From assembly GCA_023701005.1 (NCBI GenBank), contig JAMPXW010000004.1:1-63952 (forward strand): a DNA stretch of 63,952 bases. The letters run 5' to 3'. The position numbers were made by a program, and so were the translations under genes. The stretch comes from Burkholderiales bacterium. GTDB lineage: Bacteria > Patescibacteriota > Minisyncoccia > Phycocordibacterales > UBA9973. Shown piece by piece: positions 60,502 to 63,952 of the stretch. Under the pieces are notes generated by a model. It had not been told where the DNA came from. It did no database searches and was given only the letters and a program-made list of their open reading frames with translations. How positions within the stretch are numbered: position 1 is the first letter of the stretch; the number at the start of each line of letters is the position of its first letter.

Positions 60502-61875
60502 ATGGTACGAAATATCGCCATAGTTTTTATTTTTATAATTTTTGTTTTTTCTATAGTTTTTCTAAAAGCACCTAAAATAGATGCTTCTTTTGACTGTCTA
60601 ACATTGAATAATGCTTCTTCTCAATCAGAGAAAGATTTTTGTAGGAATGAATTAACTCAAATAGAAGCCCAGCTTGCTGATCTTTTAAATAAACAAGCAG
60701 AACAACAAAAACAAACAGGTACTTTGAAAGGAGATATCACGTATTTAACTAGTCAGATAAATGCATTGAAAACAAAAGTGAAAGCTCGTGCTTTAAAAAT
60801 AGCAGAACTCAAAGTAGACATTAAAGAAAAAGTTTCAAAAATAGAAACTCTTTCAGAAAAGATAGAAAGAGAACATGAATCACTCGCTCAACTATTAAGA
60901 AATACAAATGATTTTGATAATAAAGATTTTATATATTTAATATTCTCAGATGAAAGTTTATCATTTTTTTATAACGATTTAGAATCTTATAGTTCTATAA
61001 AACAAGCTATTAAGGCTTCTGTCGACCAGATAAGAGGTATAAAGACAGAAACAGAAGCAGAGAAGAAAAATTTAGAAGATAAAAGAGATGCAGAGACTGA
61101 TGCAAAATCAGAATTAGAAAATGCACAAAAAAAAGTTTCTCAAACAGAAGCAGAAAAGAAAAAGTTATTGGCTATCAGTAAACAAAAAGAAAGTGATTAT
61201 CAAAAATTGGCAGCAGAAAAGAAAGCTAGAGCCAACAAGATCCGTAGTGCTTTGTTTAGTTTGGCTGGTATCTCTCAGAAGATTGAATTCGGCACAGCCC
61301 TTAAATATGCCAACGAAGCAAAAAATAATACTGGCATAGATCCTGCATTTTTGCTTGCGATACTTACCCAAGAAAGCAATCTTGGTTCTAATGTAGGTAA
61401 ATGTTATCTCACAGATATTACTGGCCCACAGGCTGGTTATGGTGTCAGTGTTTCTACTGGGAAAACTTGGTCTAATTTAATGAAACCCACTCGTGATTTG
61501 CAACCATTTTTGGATATTACTTCTAGGTTGGGGCTAGATCCTTTAAAAACTTTCGTTTCTTGTCCTATTGCTGGAGTTGCAGGATATGGAGGAGCTATGG
61601 GGCCTGCTCAGTTTATACCTTCAACTTGGAAATTATTTGAAAGTCGTCTAAAAAGTCTTTTAGGTTATGAGGCTAGTCCTTGGGAGCCTAGAGATGCTTT
61701 TATGGCTTCAGCAATGTATCTCACAGACTTAGGAGCAAAAGGCACTAGTGTGAGTGCTCAAAATAAAGCAGCTTGTCGATATTATGGTTCCGGAGGTTCT
61801 TCATGTACTTATAGTAAAAGTGTTCAAAGGTTGAAAACAACTATTCAAAATAATATAGATTTGCTTTCAAATTAA
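60502..61875 (+). CDS. Secreted coiled-coil protein with a C-terminal lytic-transglycosylase-like domain
   Basis: N-terminal TM/signal, a coiled coil of about 230 aa, then ..LLAILTQESNLG.. (catalytic Glu-Ser context) and ..AMGPAQFIPSTW.. Confidence 0.7.
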   Translation: MVRNIAIVFIFIIFVFSIVFLKAPKIDASFDCLTLNNASSQSEKDFCRNELTQIEAQLADLLNKQAEQQKQTGTLKGDITYLTSQINALKTKVKARALKIAELKVDIKEKVSKIETLSEKIEREHESLAQLLRNTNDFDNKDFIYLIFSDESLSFFYNDLESYSSIKQAIKASVDQIRGIKTETEAEKKNLEDKRDAETDAKSELENAQKKVSQTEAEKKKLLAISKQKESDYQKLAAEKKARANKIRSALFSLAGISQKIEFGTALKYANEAKNNTGIDPAFLLAILTQESNLGSNVGKCYLTDITGPQAGYGVSVSTGKTWSNLMKPTRDLQPFLDITSRLGLDPLKTFVSCPIAGVAGYGGAMGPAQFIPSTWKLFESRLKSLLGYEASPWEPRDAFMASAMYLTDLGAKGTSVSAQNKAACRYYGSGGSSCTYSKSVQRLKTTIQNNIDLLSN

Positions 61876-61898
61876 AATTGTGATATTCTGCTAAAACG

Positions 61899-62117
61899 AT
61901 GAAAAAAGATATACATCCAAAATTTGATATAAAAACTAAAGCGACATGTGCATGTGGAGCTACTTTTGATGTAGGTTCTACAATGCCTGAAATAAAAATG
62001 GAAATCTGCAGTCACTGCCATCCTTTTTATACTGGTAATGAAAAAGTTATGGACACTGCTGGACGCGTAGAACGCTTCAACAAGCGCAGAGCCGCATCCG
62101 CAAAAGCTAAAAAGTAA
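61899..62117 (+). CDS. rpmE: 50S ribosomal protein L31
   Basis: MKKDIHPKF.., C-x-C...C-x-x-C zinc form, HPFYTG. Confidence 0.93.
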   Translation: MKKDIHPKFDIKTKATCACGATFDVGSTMPEIKMEICSHCHPFYTGNEKVMDTAGRVERFNKRRAASAKAKK

Positions 62118-62121
62118 GATT

Positions 62122-62199
62122 CTCCTCTTGAGGAGTACCCTTTAGGGGGAGGTGGAAATAGTATCCACCCCGACGAAAACGTCACCCCTCAAGGAGGGG
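62122..62199 (+). promoter_or_regulatory. GC-rich multi-hairpin spacer between rpmE and prfA; the last hairpin pairs with the prfA Shine-Dalgarno
   Basis: CTCCTC-tt-GAGGAG (62122-62135), CCC-ttta-GGG, GGTGGA-7 nt-TCCACC (62151-62169), CCCCTC-aag-GAGGGG (62185-62199, contains GGAGG). Confidence 0.5.
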
Positions 62200-62207
62200 A
62201 ATTAAAT

Positions 62208-63176
62208 ATGAATTTTGATTTAGAAGAACTTAAAAAGAATCACAACACTAGCTACCTAGCTGGTATTTTAGAGCGCTTAAATCGTGAAGAAGAACAAGTG
62301 AGAGAAATGATGGGAGGTGATGACGATTTGCATGAGATGGCATCTTTGGAACTCAAATCAATACAAGAACAAAGAGAAGTTACAGAAAAACAAGTTCAAG
62401 ATATTTTGGATAAAGACAAAGAAGAAGAGGAAATGGCAAATGAAGTCGTGCTCGAAGTGAGAGCCGGTGCAGGAGGAGACGAAGCATCTCTTTTTGCTTG
62501 GGAGCTCGCACATATGTATGAATTATTTGCTACGATGAAAGGTTGGCAATGGAAAACAAATTATGAATCGAAGAATGAATTAGGAGGATATAAGGAAGCT
62601 AGTTTTGAAATAAAAGGTAGAGATATTTATAGTATGTTGAGATATGAGACAGGGGTTCATAGAGTTCAACGAGTTCCTGCGACTGAAAAGAATGGTAGAG
62701 TACACACTTCCACAGCTTCGGTAGCTGTTCTTCCTATTAGAAAGAAAGTTTTATTTGAAATAAATCCTGCAGATTTAGAAATGGAATATTCTCGCTCTGG
62801 TGGAAAAGGAGGACAAAATGTAAACAAAGTTGAAACAGCTGTGAGACTTATTCACAAACCTACAGGCATAGATGTGCGTTCGACCAATGAAAGAAGTCAG
62901 CTTGCAAATAGAGAAAAAGCGATGACGATTTTGACAGCCAAACTTCAGCAATTAAAAGAAGAGGAAGAAGCAAAGAAATATTCAGGCGAAAGAAAAGCTC
63001 AAATAGGAACAGGAGATAGATCAGAAAAGATTCGTACATACAATTACTCTCAAGATAGAGTCACAGATCATCGCATCAAAAAGTCTTGGCACAATTTGCC
63101 CAAAATAATGTTGGGTTATATAGAAGAAATAATTGAATCTATAAAATCTGGAGAAACAGGGGATGAAGAGGAATAA
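62208..63176 (+). CDS. prfA: Peptide chain release factor 1 (compact)
   Basis: PAT tripeptide (RVPATE), GGQ motif ([11 protein letters not shown]). 322 aa. Confidence 0.93.
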   Translation: MNFDLEELKKNHNTSYLAGILERLNREEEQVREMMGGDDDLHEMASLELKSIQEQREVTEKQVQDILDKDKEEEEMANEVVLEVRAGAGGDEASLFAWELAHMYELFATMKGWQWKTNYESKNELGGYKEASFEIKGRDIYSMLRYETGVHRVQRVPATEKNGRVHTSTASVAVLPIRKKVLFEINPADLEMEYSRSGGKGGQNVNKVETAVRLIHKPTGIDVRSTNERSQLANREKAMTILTAKLQQLKEEEEAKKYSGERKAQIGTGDRSEKIRTYNYSQDRVTDHRIKKSWHNLPKIMLGYIEEIIESIKSGETGDEEE

Positions 63177-63364
63177 AATATAAGTGTTTATTTTGCTATT
63201 TTTTTAAATATGTGCCATACTTATTGTGTAGTTTCTCATATAGCTTTTGGGTTTTCGTTTGAGAAGTCACTGAGCGACAAGGGTATTCTACGTTTTGGCA
63301 CAGAGCCGAGACATTATAATTAGTTTTTGCTTGTTTTTTTAAAAAATGAGAGAAGTAAAATAAT

Positions 63365-63700
63365 ATGGCTACAAAGCTATATGTAGGGGGTTTACCTTAC
63401 AGTGTTCAAGAAGATGCTCTTAAAGAGCTTTTCGCACAAGCTGGTTCAGTTTCATCAGCTGTGATTATCATGGACAAAATGTCCGGTCGCTCAAAGGGTT
63501 TTGGATTCGTTGAAATGTCAACAGCTGAGGAAGCAGCAAATGCTATCTCAATGTTTAATGATCAAGAATTTGAAGGACGCAAGCTTACAGTAAATGAGGC
63601 TCGTCCAATGGAAGCTCGTCCACCAAGACAAAATGGTGGTGGATACGGCAACAGTAATGGCGGTTATGGTGGAGGCAATCGCGGACGCCGAGAATACTAA
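63365..63700 (+). CDS. RRM-type RNA-binding protein with a Gly/Arg-rich tail
   Basis: RNP2 KLYVGGL, RNP1 KGFGFVEM, C-terminal GGGYGNSNGGYGGGNRGRR. Confidence 0.92.
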   Translation: MATKLYVGGLPYSVQEDALKELFAQAGSVSSAVIIMDKMSGRSKGFGFVEMSTAEEAANAISMFNDQEFEGRKLTVNEARPMEARPPRQNGGGYGNSNGGYGGGNRGRREY

Positions 63701-63756
63701 CCTGTCTCGCATTGACGCGAGTCAAGGCGGGTTTTTAAATTTAGTTTTTCAAGAAA

Positions 63757-63780
63757 GAGCAGGTACGAAAGTACCTGCTC
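63757..63780 (+). terminator. Intrinsic terminator of the RRM gene
   Basis: Perfect 10-bp stem GAGCAGGTAC-gaaa-GTACCTGCTC followed by TTTTTCG. Confidence 0.9.
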
Positions 63781-63822
63781 TTTTTCGTTGTAATAAAAAA
63801 TAAAAGAAATATAAAAAGCAAT

Positions 63823-63902
63823 ATTTTTGCCGGTACGGATTTTTTGAAGCTTAAAAAAGTCCTGAAGTTGGCTCGTCGACACTCGCCAAACCCCTTAAAA
63901 AC
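63823..63902. repeat. 80-bp dispersed repeat, copy 2
   Basis: Exact reverse complement of 49568-49647. Confidence 0.95.
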
Positions 63903-63952
63903 ATTCTTTTTATATTTCTTTATTAAAAACTCGTTGCAGGCGTACTTTTTAA

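Noticed and set aside
63594-63882. ORFs 63594..63803(+) and 63697..63882(-).
   Set aside because: They overlap the RRM gene tail, its terminators and the 80-bp dispersed repeat, and there are no translation signals.
1-63952. CRISPR arrays, rRNA genes, prophage, IS elements or integrases.
   Set aside because: There is no regular short direct-repeat/spacer array. The only direct repeats are the coding tandem repeats and the islet flanks. No ORF shows recombinase, transposase, capsid or terminase motifs that I can recognise.

Overview
This is an AT-rich, gene-dense and mostly housekeeping bacterial window. Its gene content points, by inference only, to a small-genome Patescibacteria/CPR-like organism: a giant repeat-rich surface protein, a compact dcw fragment (mraZ-rsmH-ftsL-ftsI-murF), ftsA-ftsZ, many tiny membrane ORFs, an RRM RNA-binding protein and patchy lower glycolysis. 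I support about 65 CDS, 8 tRNAs, one tRNA fragment, several intrinsic terminators and a few promoters or operators. All coordinates were derived by hand from the printed sequence.

Main second-look items:
1. A tRNA-Glu(CUC)-adjacent islet at about 44.35-48.35 kb, bounded by two pairs of ~70-bp direct repeats. It carries an OLD-family ABC-ATPase/TOPRIM nuclease overlapping a miniaturised UvrD-like helicase (Gabija / class 2 OLD-like) and a DUF218 gene. Small autonomous ORFs and a 3-TM protein lie beside it.
2. GC-rich perfect palindromes inserted in frame in lepA and gatB, with paired arm differences that preserve palindromy. Further GC-rich in-frame blocks sit in tsaD and valS. The behaviour resembles Rickettsia palindromic elements.
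3. A perfect 80-bp inverted repeat pair 14 kb apart.
4. A protein with a T9SS-type C-terminal sorting domain in an apparently CPR-like genome.
5. Duplicated tRNA fragments next to tRNA-Glu(UUC) and tRNA-Ser.
6. An MraZ-box array, an orphan promoter-terminator unit and several structured GC-rich spacers.

I recognised no rRNA, CRISPR array, integrase, transposase or reverse transcriptase.
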